Shown here: piece after piece, positions 1-13,400 of the stretch | How the letters are laid out: every line of letters begins with the position of its first letter | Numbering within the stretch: position 1 is the stretch's first letter | NCBI GenBank assembly: GCA_002633005.1 | Contig: NMRA01001258.1 | Location: 1 to 33,373, forward strand | Source: Phoronis australis | Taxonomy: Eukaryota > Animalia > Phoronida | Length of the DNA: 33,373 bases | Direction: 5' to 3' | Notes under the pieces: generated by a model | Told to the model about the DNA's origin: nothing | Seen by the model: the letters and a program-made list of their open reading frames with translations, nothing else | The model's database searches: none | Made by a program: the position numbers and the translations under genes

Positions 1-76
1 TGAAGACCACCACCCATGAATTTTTATTTCTACTGCCGTCCCCCCCCTCCCACACAGATTTTACTGGAACAGCCCT
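1..76. repeat. Terminal fragment of a dispersed (MITE-like) repeat
   Basis: Ends CACACAGATTTTACTGGAACAGCCCT, shared with 10085-10130. Confidence 0.65.
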
Positions 77-206
77 GAATTGTTTTGCTCAAGACTATTA
101 GCCAAAATGGCCAGTTTTCCATTTTTCAAAGTGTGGTTAGCGCTTTGAAAATAATGAGAGTTTCATTAAATTTTTTATGACATCGACACACTAGTTTGGT
201 TTTAGC

Positions 207-830
207 TTAGGAGATTTTTTCTTTAATATGCCACCTTGCTACAAGATCAAGATGTTTACCATTCAGTGTTAAAGGCTGCATCAACCATTTAAGCTTCCAG
301 GTGAACATAATCACCGTTGTTTTGCTACCAATAATTTCTAAGCCAACTGACTTAGCCCATGTGGCTGCAGTATTCAGGGCTCTTTGAGCAAGATAACGGC
401 ATGTGTCATGATCGATGCTGGACACACTGAGAACAATATCATCTACATAGGCTTGAAAATAAAAGCTTAGACCCATGTCAGCTAATAATTGTTGAAGTAG
501 ACCATACATTACCATGTTGAAAAGGGTGGGTGAGGCAGTGCCACCCTGAGATGTTTCCCTGGTGATGCAAACCACCACACTTACACCCTCTAGGCAAGCA
601 GTCACAGATTGACTTAATGATCTACCTGGTAAGACACCTGTTCTCTTTAAAGTGGTTTAGTGCTTCTTGGATCGCGTCATGCTCAATATTGCTGAAAACA
701 CCAACAAGGTCAATGAAGGCACAGAGGGCAAACTTTATTAAAAACTGCCCTTTGCAGTCTAGCAACCAGATGATGTAGAGCGGTCTCTGTAGAGAAGCCT
801 CGTCTGTAAGCATACTGGTTGTTGTGAGAC
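207..830 (-). mobile_element. Decayed non-LTR retrotransposon reverse-transcriptase fragment (R1/LOA-like)
   Basis: AFIDLVGVFSNI (degenerate FxDxxGAFDN), SQGGTASPTLFNMV, QAYVDD (YADD), SKT..MFT; broken across two ORFs. Confidence 0.8.
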
Positions 831-1404
831 TTTTCAGTCCTTTGAGAAGGAAAAATGTCTTCTTTTTTGGTTTCAACTTCCTCTTATTTGATTTCCAGTT
901 TCCTCATTTTTTATCTCTTTTTAGCATTATTTTGACTTTATTTGTGCAAAAAACATTTCTTGCAATTAAATTTTACAAATCAAAAATATTTCTATCACAT
1001 AAGCCTATTTTTTTATAACGATATCTCACCTGGAAATTTTTCCTCTTTTTTGTCATGGTCCATTCCAAGCTCTGACTTATGCTGAGATGAGATAACTAGT
1101 GTTGGAAAATACCTGTGTGGAGCGCAAGATGAAATTTCTGACTCGAGTCATTTTACTAACTCCTGGAATATGACCGTTGGTAAATGTTATGCAGGAGAAC
1201 TAGCTACTGTAGCACGCCTATGTCTTAGGAAAAACTTGGTCATCTGGGGAATCACTTAAAAAGTCGTTATTGGCAAAAGTGATTTTCAGAGATCATCCTT
1301 TGGGTGGAATCAAAGTGACAAGCTTGAGGTTTTGCTGACAAAAGCTGTGAGTGACACTAAGTGACCTGGTAGTGTCCACTGTGATGATGATGTTCTCGTT
1401 TCAG

Positions 1405-1494
1405 CTTTTGTATCTGAAGATACTCCAACTGTAAAAGACATTGCTGCTCAAAGTCCCCTTATTGAACCAATTCTTATCAACCCGCATGATGAAG
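1405..1494 (+). CDS. ZC3H11A: ZC3H11A-like exon (FVSEDTPTVKDIAAQSPLIEPILINPHDE)
   Basis: tttcag|CT...GAAG|gtatgg, 90 nt, phase 1/1. Confidence 0.8.
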
Positions 1495-4400
1495 GTATGG
1501 GCTGTTCTTTGATGTACTGGAACCACCTGCTGTAATTAAGGCTTCCTATTGTTTGCATGTCTTAAAATGGGATATTTAACAGTGGTGTCTAGTGGACCCA
1601 CCTTCCAAAGTTTTAGGTCCAAGGAAATTTTCCCAAATTCATTAAAACACGCAGTTCACAAAGCAAACTCTGTGCTCTCCCCACACTTCCTAATACTAGG
1701 GTCTATTGGAACTAAGCTTATAAAATTTTGGGGTCCGTTTCCAATTTTTTGGGTTTTTGAAAACTATATAGAAATCTTAACACTAGCCATAACACAGCAT
1801 TATGTATATTTCCATTATCATTGGAAGCTACAGAAAAATAATTCTCATTTCTTTCAGTTTTATATTTTTACCAATCATTCTTGAATTGAAGGTGATCTAC
1901 TCAACAATTCACCATAAGTCTTTTTATTGAAATGATGCAATATTACAGCCTCAGGCGAACTTTGTGATGGTATGTACATTTTCTGTTTTCTGATTCATAG
2001 AATTTCGATCATTTGTACACGAACATTAAGTTGTCATCCATTTGCAGAATCAGACCAGGAGTCGCAAGGCACCCCTGAGAAGAACCACAGGCTATTTGCG
2101 TCACCCTCCAGCTCATCAGGTGAGGCTGTAGTGTGAGGGAGAGAGTAACTATTAGAATGTACATGATGTACTTCTGCCTGAAACTGATATGTGCAATTCA
2201 TAAAACTACGACTTTTAATGTAATATTAAGACTGATTTCTATTGTGAACCAAACTTATCTGCCAAGGAACATGTACACCCGTCACTTAAATTTTCTAGGT
2301 AGTGCTCTCATGAGTTTAATATTGAAATAGTTAGAAAAAATTATGTTTCGAGAAGAACGACTATATAATACGGGCGAAGTTGAAACAGATTTTCACGTTC
2401 TTTTTGTATGCCCTCTACTTAGTGATCTGAGGAGAATTTTTCTGCCAGCCGATTGTGAAGGTTATCCAAGCATGCTTCGTTTAAGAACGTTTAACGTTAA
2501 CCAATAGAATGCAAAACTTTTGTTGTTATACATAAAAAGGCAATGTTGTTCCATGTTGAATTGCTAGCATTGTAACCTACTGCAACTAGTCCAAGCGTAT
2601 GTGTATTGTATAGCTATTTTGCAGCGTACATCTCATTATTATTGTGTAAAATGCAACTATGCGGGATTGACCTTTGACCTTGTATTTGTTGTTGTTGATG
2701 TTGAAATTGTTGAGGTAATTGATAAGTAATAAATAGTGTTGCTCTTGTGAGAAGGTGGTGAAAAGTATGCAACTACAGTAGACACCAAAAGTATTCAGAC
2801 AAAATGAGTCGTAATTCCGTTATGACGGCTGGGTGGAAGTCAATTGTTTTGTCAATATAGCCTTCCCTCATGACGGAGAATGAAAGGGAAGTTATTTGGC
2901 TAAATCATTCAGTAATTAGACTTGTGTCACCCTAATGATAATTGCCAGTGTATTTAGCTGTTAACAGAATTAGCCGTCATGATGTGGACAACAATGATTA
3001 GTCTTGTTCTGTATGTGAGTGGAGTTGTATCATAACTAGTACTTGTTCTGTATTGAGTGGAGTTGTATCATAACTAGTACTTGTTCTGTATGTGAGTGGA
3101 GTTGTATCATAACTAGTACTTGTTCTGTATGTGAGTGGAGTTGTATCATAACTAGTACTTGTTCTGTATGTGAGTGGAGTTGTATCATAACTAGTACTTG
3201 TTCTGTATGTGGGTGGAGTTGTATCATAACTAGTACTTGTTCTGTATGTGAGTGGAGTTGTATCATAACTAGTACTTGTTCTGTATGTGAGTGGAGTTGT
3301 ATCATAACTAGTACTTGTTCTGTATGTGAGTGGAGTTGTATCATAACTAGTACTTGTTCTGTATGTGAGTGGAGTTGTATCATAACTAGTACTTGTTCTG
3401 TATGTGNAATGACAATGGAGTCCCCTCTGGTCGTTTGGCTCAACGAAAAAGTATGTTCTTTTGGTGTAACATTGGATTTTTAAAAAAGCTTGATCCACAC
3501 AACTAGTGTTCTGCTTCATAGCTTTCTGAAAAACTTTAAAGCAATTTTCATACCAAATGAGACGATAGACATAAATAGTTCCCATACTTTTCTGCTTGAA
3601 TTATTTATTGTTAAAACCTGATGTAGACAAAGAGAAAGGTAATGATTTGTGCGTTTGTGGGTTTTATTTTTGAAGTTGTTGAAGTTGTACAAGGTTAAGC
3701 TCAGACAGTCCTGTTGTACAAGGTTGAGCACTGTCAGTCCTGTTATACATGGTTAAGCGCAGACAGTCCTGCTGTACAAGGTTAAGCACAGACAGTCCTG
3801 TTGTACAAGGTTAAGCACAGCCAGTCCTGTTGTGCAATGATATGCACAGTCATTCCTGTTGTACATGGTTAAGCACAGACAGTCCTGTTGTACAAGGTTA
3901 AGCACAGTCAGTCCTGTTGTACATGGTTAAGCACAGACAGTCCTGTTGTACAAGGTTAAGCACAGACAGTCCTGTTGTACAAGGTTAAGCACAGTCAGTC
4001 CTGTTGTACAAGGTTAAGCACAGATAGTCCTGTTGTACAAGGTTAAGCACAGACAGTCCTGTGGTACAAGGTTAAACACAGTCAGTCCTGTTGTACATGG
4101 CTGCCATGATGGAATCCTATTATCAAATAATGCTGTCAGTTACATTAGTTTCTGATTTGCTGTATTCAAAAGCTGTGCGTCATATTTGCCACCACTGTGT
4201 GCCTGTGGGTATCTTACCTCAGACCATGTGTGCGATCTTTAATAAAGGAAGCCCCACTGGAGATACATGTGCTCTATTTCATCTGTGGTAAGCCCTTCAG
4301 GAGAAGGGAATAGGGTCTTATATGCTGAAGCTTATGACATTCTGAAATTTTATTTCATGTTTCAGCCAGTTCCAATATTGGAAATAAAGATTCCAGTGGA

Positions 4401-7400
4401 CCAATTCATATCAAGAGTCTGGATGAAATACGCCGTGAAAAAGCATTGAGAACAAAGGGTCAGTCAACAGGTATTCTTTCAGATTAGTAGGTTAATCTTA
4501 ATTGCCATAACTCAATTTTTGATAGCAATGTTACCTTTGATTACCAGAAATTACACAAGTCTTGACTTGAAAATTACATTATTGGTCAGTTTTTAGTAGT
4601 CTCGATGAAAATTTCCCTCTCTTACTATTATTTTAAATTGTTTGATTTAAAAGGGAACCTAACCATATGATTGTTGATGGTATTTGTATTAAAAAATCAG
4701 ATCTGTGGTTATTTTGGAGATAGAATGTTTGTTAACATTCCCCTGGTGGGTATTTATATATTTTCTTTATTGAAATAAAATCCATATGGCCATAGGCAAA
4801 AAGTATAACATACACAAGATAGTACATTATCAAGTGCGTTTCAGACTGGATAGTAAATTGTGACGCTTGGTGGAAGAATTTTGGTAGCAAGGTATCCGGA
4901 GTTCTCATGAGAGATTCAAGTTAGATGTTGTAGGAGAATGAATTGTGTGTTATCACTGTCACTTTGTTATGCCCTTAAGTGAGGCTCTTGAACTGCATTG
5001 CTCATTTGTACAAAGACGTGTCAGCCTACACTGGAATGGAACCTGTGATGAACTAGTGTCTGATCTGGGAGAAGTTGAAAGACTTACTTCTGCGCATGCG
5101 GCAAAAACCTGGGTTAGCAAACAGTCCAATGAGCCTGATGATTTGTGACTTATCAGTGAGGGACCTATTTTTTAGTTGATGTGAAAATGCTTCCTTTTCC
5201 AGTGAAGCCTGAAAAACTAACGATGGAAACAAGAGAAAGTGCCACCCCTGTCCGAAGACCAGCCAAGAGAACATTAGAGGTTTATAAACCGCCAGCTAAA
5301 GGGAAAACTCGTGGTAAAGTTACTTAAAGCTTGATGCAAAATTTCTGAAACTCACTTGAATTTTTGCCCCGGCATTAAGTTGAGTGAGTTCTTGAAGATT
5401 ATAGATTTATAATATATATTTGTCAAGTAATTCAGGTCACCTGAATGAATTATGTTGCCCACCATCTCAGTAGTTACTTAAAGCTTTATCAATAACAGGA
5501 GTCTTGACCCTCAGTTTTCTCCACTGAATAGCAGTCATCAAACTGGTTCTCGTAATTTATGACCCCTGTAAGTGACTATTGCCCTTTAATGCTTTTATAA
5601 TTTGGTTGTGACCAGTTGCTGTTATACAATCGCTCAATTGTTTGGTACTCTGACGTGAAGTGATTTCAGGTATGGGTTTTTTGGATGTAAGAAACTGACA
5701 AAAACATACCAAAATCACACGAGCGAAAGGTGCTTTTTTGTGATTATTCACAGAACCTTTCTAGCGTTTCCTAGCAAAATGCAGCCACCAAAGGGCTTGT
5801 TGAGTGAGGGTGGAATATTGAATTACTTGATTTCTCAACGCAAGTTTCAGGCCATTGTCTTGCATCTGCAGAACACAGACCTGGCCTTAAGAAGAGCTGA
5901 AAGTTTTAGTTGTACTTGAGTTGAGACTGACCAAGCTTGTAGCGCTTAGTGTTAATTTTGCTCTATCTCTCCTTTCTCGGCCAGTCTCTTCAGAACCTAT
6001 CAGTCAAGTTCCTAGTAAAAAGTCAAAGATACAGACACAAGTGAGTATGACTCATATGTTTTGTTCCTTCTAAAAAGTCAAAGATATAGACACAAGTGAG
6101 TATGACTCACATGTTGCATACTTTGAACTGTTGTGCCGACAAGTTCATCAGATATTCTTTCATTGCTATCTTCCATATTGACTTCTTTATAATTGTTTGA
6201 AAAGTAATTTGAGGTTACAATGGGTGTTTGGGTAATATTACTATTATCTTGGCACATACGTTTTTGTTCGTCATAAAAAATCGGGTTGTAGAATTTAACA
6301 ATTGAACAGTTTTTGTTTCTATGGTTTTACTGTGGTCAGAGTGGAGGTCGGAGGAGATGTTTTTGACTTGATAAATCCTTTTTAGTATCTTACTTTGAAT
6401 GAGCCTGCCGATGTGATTTTTTGAACCTTCTAATTGTTGGTGCCACCAACTTCAGTTTGAAAAACATCACACTCTTCTTTAAACTTTGTAAAGTTATATT
6501 TTGTTTTGCTATTGAACTTACCTTTTGAAATGAAAGGGTATGATGCTTTTCATCAACTGATAGAATTCTCAAGTGTTTAACTGTTGTATGTCTTTCAAAC
6601 TATTTCGTTTTTGGTAGGATGCTAAAGAAATCCATGTGAAGAGCTTAGAGGAAATTCGTCTTGAAAAGCAAGCACGAATGAAAAAGGCTGCTTTGCAAGA
6701 AAATCAGGAACCGTTGAGTAACAGTGACAAACAAAAGGGTGACTTCTGTGTCATGGACGGAACAGATTCTCAGGGAAAGAAAAACTTATTAACTAACCCA
6801 AAGGACATTCATGTAAAGACTCTAGATGAAATTAGGCTAGAGAAACAGCAGGTGTGTAAAAACGAAATTCGCATAAAGACTCTAGAAGAAATTCGCCGGG
6901 AGAAACAGCTGAGAAAAGCTGCTGTGAAACCAAGCAAAAGAGAAGAAAAAGGTTTGCCGTCGATTCACATTAAAACATTTGAAGAGATTCAAAAACAGAA
7001 ACAGACAAAAGATAGAAGTGGTGTTGCAGCAGTGCTGTCGAGTCCTAGTGTTGGCAGTGTGTCAACAGATGTCGCTACTAAAGCACCATCTGTACTCAAC
7101 TCCAGGGGAACTGGTGACGAAGCGCACGCAGCTGAGTCAAATAATGGTAGGTTGTGTTCATGATGTCTGGTCAAGAGAATCTTGAGATTGATTTGATGTG
7201 TCCTGCCTTAATTTTGTCTTTATGGATAGAAATGTGGAATGATTGTGATACAGAGGTTCAACGTTAAGTCCGTGGCATTTTGTTAAGTGAATCATTTTTG
7301 TTGAAAACTCGTTTTTTATACTCGTGGCCCAACTTCTTTGTTCTTAGTTATATTCTCATTTGCCAGTGTACTAGTGAATAAACGGATTTGGTTTTCTTGA

Positions 7401-10400
7401 AATTGCCCCTCCATAGTTTAGGTGGTTTGTTGTTTAACCAATGAATATGGTCTGTGATTAGGGAAGGAGGTGTTTACTAACAGACGCACCATATGGTCCA
7501 TAAAGATTAACCATTGCAGGTCCCTCATTCACCTAAGGAGAATGGTGCCTGTGCCTTCTGAGAGGGGAATTTTCCGTGCGAGGTGAAAACTCTTGCCCAT
7601 CCCCACCCCCTCTTCACCGCCAATGCGACTATCCATCCTCCCCATCCCTATCGCCATCCCTCATGGGCTGTGCCCCAACTAGCCAAAACGAACATTTTAT
7701 GCCATCTCAAATTGTCCCCTGTGCTCATTACAGATAACTTAATCTCGACCGGATTTTTTAATACTTGCTTTTGGGCAATTTTGTGAAAAGGTCAACCTCG
7801 AGACAAACAATTGTGGCTATACTAACATTTTCAGTCCCATCTAAAAGCCCCGTCTTTCTAGTTCAGGACTTATATTTGATTGTCCTATAACTTTCAATTT
7901 TTTTGCCTCAATGGACCCATTTTTGGGGTCTCATGACCCTAAAAAATTAACTTGATTTTCATGTGTGTTGCTAATTATTGTCATAAATAAGCAAATTATG
8001 GTTATTTCACTACACTATCAAATTTGCGCAATCACATGATAGCCAAACTTATTAAAAAATAACATTTCAACTTTGGCGCATTATCGACCTCTTGGGGCCA
8101 AAGGTTATCTCTTGGATATCATACTGTTGTACTTCCGTCACAAAAAAGTGTTAAAAAGTTTAGCTATGTTAAATTTTTTATCAAAATTAGAATAATTCCA
8201 GGTTCTCTTTTTATGCGCCCACATATTTATATGTGGACGCATTATGCTGTCATCTCTGTCTGTCCGTCCGTCCGGGAAGGCGTCCGGCGTCCGCTGCTCT
8301 ATCTCCAAAACCCTTTGACATACGTTCATGAAGTTTGGCGCATATGTTCCATTCATGAATGGGACGGCATGTGCGAACTTTTGGACGGATCCGACTACCG
8401 GTGTGCCCCCTAGTGGCAATTTTAGTTTTTTACGCTTACCTTTGTATCTTCAAAAGTCCTGAACGGATTTTCATGAAATTTGGTATGTAGGCACCCATTT
8501 TTACTGTTTTCAAGTCTGTATTTTTGCATGCACCCCTCTATCAACCTAACCGCTCAAAGGATGATTGTGAAAATTGGCATGTATGTGCTTACTATAAAGA
8601 AGACAGCTGACAAGGATTTTCAGACGATTTGGACTACTGTGGCGCCTCCTAGTGGCAGTTTTGTTTTTATGCGCCTATGGCTGTATCTCCTAAACCGTTT
8701 GCAGGATCTTTACGAAATTTAATGAGTGTATTTATATGATGTTAACAACAGCCGGTGACGACTTTTGGACGGATCCGCCTACCAGTGTGCCCCCTAGTGG
8801 CAATTTTATTTTTTTACGTTTGCCTCTGTATCTTCACAAGTCCTTAACGGATTTTCATGAAATTTGGTATGTAGGCACCTATTAGTGCAATGACGCTATC
8901 CTTCCGTTTTCGGATGGATTCGACCTAGTTTGCGACACCCAGTGGCCATTTTTACTGTTTTTTGGCGTCCACCCCTCTATCAACCAAACCGCTCTAAGTA
9001 TGATTGTGAAAATTGGCATGTATGTTCTTACTATGAAGAGGACGGTTGACGCTGAATTTCCCATGACTTTGATTACTGTGGCGCCTCCTAGTGGCAGTTT
9101 TTTTTGCGCCCATGGCTGTATCTCCCAAACCGTTTGCAGGATCTTTACTAAATTTAGCAAGTGTATTTATGTGATGTTGACAACGGACGATGACGACTTT
9201 AGGATGATTCTGACTACCGGTATGCCTCTAGTGGCAATTTTAGTATTTTACATTGACCTCTGTATTTTCATAGGTCTTCAGGTGTATACTTTGTGTTACT
9301 TCGTGACTATGAAGGAAAAGTTCCAAGTAGAAATTTGTTTCTGGCATTCTAATGCTGTGCTAATCTCGTATGTTGGTAAATTTGTTTTTAATTCTATGTT
9401 TCTGTGGTGCTTTAAGCAACTGATGTATAGGATGTGCTTGTATCATGAAGATCACTCACATTTTGCCCCTAGCCTATTGAGGAGACAATGACCATACCTT
9501 TCCATTTTGCAAAGTACAACACACTACATATATGCCCTCTACTGGCCACTTTATGGTACCAATAAACAACCCTAGAAGGATACCGTATACGGTACAATTG
9601 TGGGCGCATTTCAACGCTCTGCGTTGCTCTTGTTCATTTATGTCTTCAGCCCACCACCTGTAATTTTTTGTAGGTTTGAAATGCAACCACACATATTTTT
9701 TTGTTGTTCTTGTGGCTGGCTGCACAGGCGCTTGAGTTTATCTGTTCCTCGATCACCACTGACGTCATTCATTACTAAGAAAACATATGTTTCTTATATG
9801 TAGTTATTAGCCATCGAGAAATTCGAGCGCCTGTGGTTGACTGGTGTTATGGGCATGCCGATGGGGAGATCGGGGGGAGTGAAAAAGTTGGAGCTTAGTT
9901 GCAAGTTACGTTTTTGTTTTAGTTGTTGATTCTGTGCCGATTGTTTATAAAACTTACTGAAATTATCCACCATCAAACATTTATGGCACAATGAAACAAC
10001 AACGACCTGTAAATTTTTATTTTTTTGAAGTACGACCACCAGCCATTTTGAATTTAAATCAAACACAACCACCCATAAATTTTTATTTCAATTGCCTCCC
10101 CCCACACACAGATTTTACTGGAACAGCCCTTACTTGGGCATGTATCAGAACCTTCAGCAAAGTGGCCCAGTTTGTTTAAGCTTAGGGCGAGCTCTAATTT
10201 AAAGAACATTAAAATGTGTTTTTATGACAGTGATTAGTAATGTTTTAAACTTTATTTCACATTTTATATTTTGACAGTCACATTTACTTATTAGTTTTGA
10301 ATTTAGTATTCTATTTAACGCATAAAAACAGTTTTCCAGATAACTAACAACTGTCAAATACAAAAAAGTTAAAATCCTAGAGTACTTTCCCAGCCTAGAC

Positions 10401-13400
10401 CAACCAGTCATGATTTCGTGCAAAAGGTCAATCGGTACATGTTGATTAAAAAACTTTGAATCACTAGCAAAAGACCAAATAGCTTAAATACTGCAAAAGT
10501 ATGAATTATTCTAAATTGATATCTTAGTCACAACAGACAATTTGATACTAGACATTCAAAGGGTCTGTCCATCACGTACGTCCGTCGCACGCACTCAACT
10601 TACATCGAGCTGTCTTACAAAAATTTCTTAGGAGATATCTTGAAAAAATTTAGTGTTTTGTACTTTTTAAACATTGAATTAAATCATCATATAAAACAAA
10701 TATTGTAACCAAATGAATCTCACAGAAAGTTAACGTTAAAAAATTTTTTTTCAAAATTTCAAATTCTCTGCTAACGTACGTCACACCCCTTTTTAAGGCA
10801 ATTTTCTCAGTCACATAAAAGGATAGCTTTGAAAGCTATCAGTGAGACCTATCAATTGATGTATTGTTTTCCTAGCATGAACATTTTTTCACAATTGATC
10901 AAAATGTTCTCTGATTGTATGTCCGTCACAAATGGAATTGCCCTTTTAATACTTGATTGCAATTTTTGTGGCTTGATGAGGTGAATTTCATGCTGTATGT
11001 AAATATTTTCAGAGGGATTGTGGCTGATATTTGACTTCAATATCGAAGCATCGAGGGCTCTGTAATTTATGTATTTAATGTGTTCATGTTTTTAAACACA
11101 GTCGGGTAAATATTTATTCAATTGAGTTGTGTGTTATACAGGTGGGGTGCCAGTCTCATCTCCGGTTATTCCAAACAAAAGGCGGTTAAAACTTAAGAAG
11201 CCAGCTAATGCCAAGGTGGAGGTGACTGATCCAGAGGTGTCCATGGGAGACAACTCTGAACAGAGCCTGGCGCTTTCTGTGACATCTCCAACTAGTTCAT
11301 CCAAAAGGCATTTAGAATCAAGGTATTAAACGTTGCTCATTCATTACTTTGCTGTTTTTTTTGCAAATAAGGTTGGTCCACTACAAGTTGTGTTTATACC
11401 TTGTAATCTTACTAACTCTCTTTGTTAGATGAATGATAGTAACTTAGGTTGTGTTAATTATTACCCCTGTCATACATACATCTTGTAGAAAGTCTCTCAC
11501 AGTGCTATTTAGGTCAAGCTGAAGTCATAGTTGAAACCGGAATAAATCAAGGTTACCATAGTAAATACAATACTCGACAAAGTAATCAGATAAAACACCA
11601 TTTCCTGTCATGATCACTAATTCTGTTAACAGCAAAGAGTACTTAGCTACACCAGTCACTTTCTCGCAGGAAGGCTTTATAGCTACATTACTAACTTTCG
11701 TGCCAATTGCCGTCCACTCTCAGTCATGGGGTACAGCTACTCTGATGATTAATTCAGCTTCCACACAGCCATCATGATGTGGAATTCCGACTCGTTTTCG
11801 TCTGAATACTTGTTGCCTGTATCATAACAATCCTTCAGTTGAAGCAGTGGGTGAAGTCCATCTGTCTGTGCTGTTATTACGTATAATTAGGAACATTAAC
11901 TTGGCATATTAATGAACCAAAACATCGGTTTACAAAGAAGGCATGACATTGCGTGGGGTTTTCAAGGATGAATAATTTTATGGTGGAGGACAAGCCAAAA
12001 GCATTCAGACAAAATGATCAGGAATTCCCTGTCATAACGGGTGGGATGAAGCCCAGTTCATCAGGATGGTCTCGCCTGATGACCGTCGGAGTAGTCTCTT
12101 CTGATGACCACGAATGAAGGGAATTAACAGGACAGTTAGTAAGATGACTAAGCCATCCTGTTACTTTAATTTTGCCACCCTTAATAGTTGTTAACTGTAA
12201 CTTTTGGTCTTAAAAGAATTCATCATGAAGGGAAAACGGTATTTTGTTTAATTGCTTTTGCCTTGTACAGTAACTGTATTTTCATTTTAAACTTTCTCAA
12301 GTTGTGACACGGCAGGTTCATTGCTAATGTTGAGTTTAATATTTTTGTGGTGAACAGAATATTTTCAGTTTGCCTACTAGATATACCGTATTCGTCCTAA
12401 TAAGCGCCTATGCCCCTATAAGCGCCCTCCCACGCGTTTTCAGACTTTGCTAAACGCCGTTCTCATGCGAAAAATGCCTTACCTTCAGTTCTAAAATTCT
12501 ACAGTAATGTCTTCAATTTATCAATAAGATCTGACAGTCCTGAAAAAATCATTGTGCGTGGAATTTGTAGACCACGAGCCTCACCGCTATGTCGGTATTT
12601 AGCTGTGACTATACACTTCAAACTTTTGCTGTGCTTCAAAAAGAACGCAAGTTTTGTTGATCTTGCGAGGGACGTGTTCCATTATGGTCTGGCCTTTCAG
12701 AAGACGCAGCATGCTTGTCAAAGGGATTGTATTGTATCTTTCCCGCACAGATCTCTCTCAAGAATCTGTCATCGAAGATTAGTCTTCGGAAACTATTTAT
12801 TCATGAAACAGGTAGCATAGCATCGGCAAGAAATAAATACTGGCACTTATTTCCAAAAGTTTCTAATACCGTAAAAAATGTTTGTGTTATTTTTAAGGTG
12901 GAATTATTAAATTAGTCATAATTGGTATTTTTGAAGTCAAAATGACCCACTGATAGTGAACACTTCCGCACCCTTACACCCCCTGAAATTCCCTAAAAAT
13001 AACTGTTGGTCTGTCACGTATCCAATTACCCAGCAACTCAATGACATCGGCCTTACCGAAACGATCCTTGAACGTTTTTAGCGGATGAGATCAAGAAGTG
13101 CTAAATAAAACACGTTCTGCTTTACTGCTTGTGTTAATTTCCTTAGTTACAATGCAAACCTAGATCTTTACATGGTGTTTACTCTTGCAAATGAAGTCTG
13201 ATGACACGCACGCACTCGCTCTCTCACACAATTTGCAGACGAACTTCAAAACAAACATAATGTGACAACAACATGTGTGTTCATCCAGATTTTTCTCATG
13301 TTGTGGAGTACGATCTAGTGCAGCTAATCCTGACTCCACAGGAACTTAAAAATCTTAGAGACTCTACTTTGAAACCTTAAGTAGGACTTCAGGTAATTTG

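Noticed and set aside
2998-3585. Long repetitive ORFs (TYRTSTSYDTTPL)n, (HTEQVLVMIQLHS)n, (CEWSCIITSTCSV)n
   Set aside because: By-product of a stop-free 39-bp (13-codon) minisatellite in an intron; open in several frames, no codon-position variation.
3003-4100. CRISPR-like arrays
   Set aside because: Units are contiguous with no unique spacers, no cas genes, eukaryotic intron context.
9000-9491. 163-aa ORF and its near-duplicate at 8480-8722
   Set aside because: Falls within the internal tandem repeats of the HINE element; no recognisable domain or splice support.
12070-12125. Two CTGATGA motifs suggesting a hammerhead ribozyme
   Set aside because: No stem II followed by GAAA and no consistent stems I/III.
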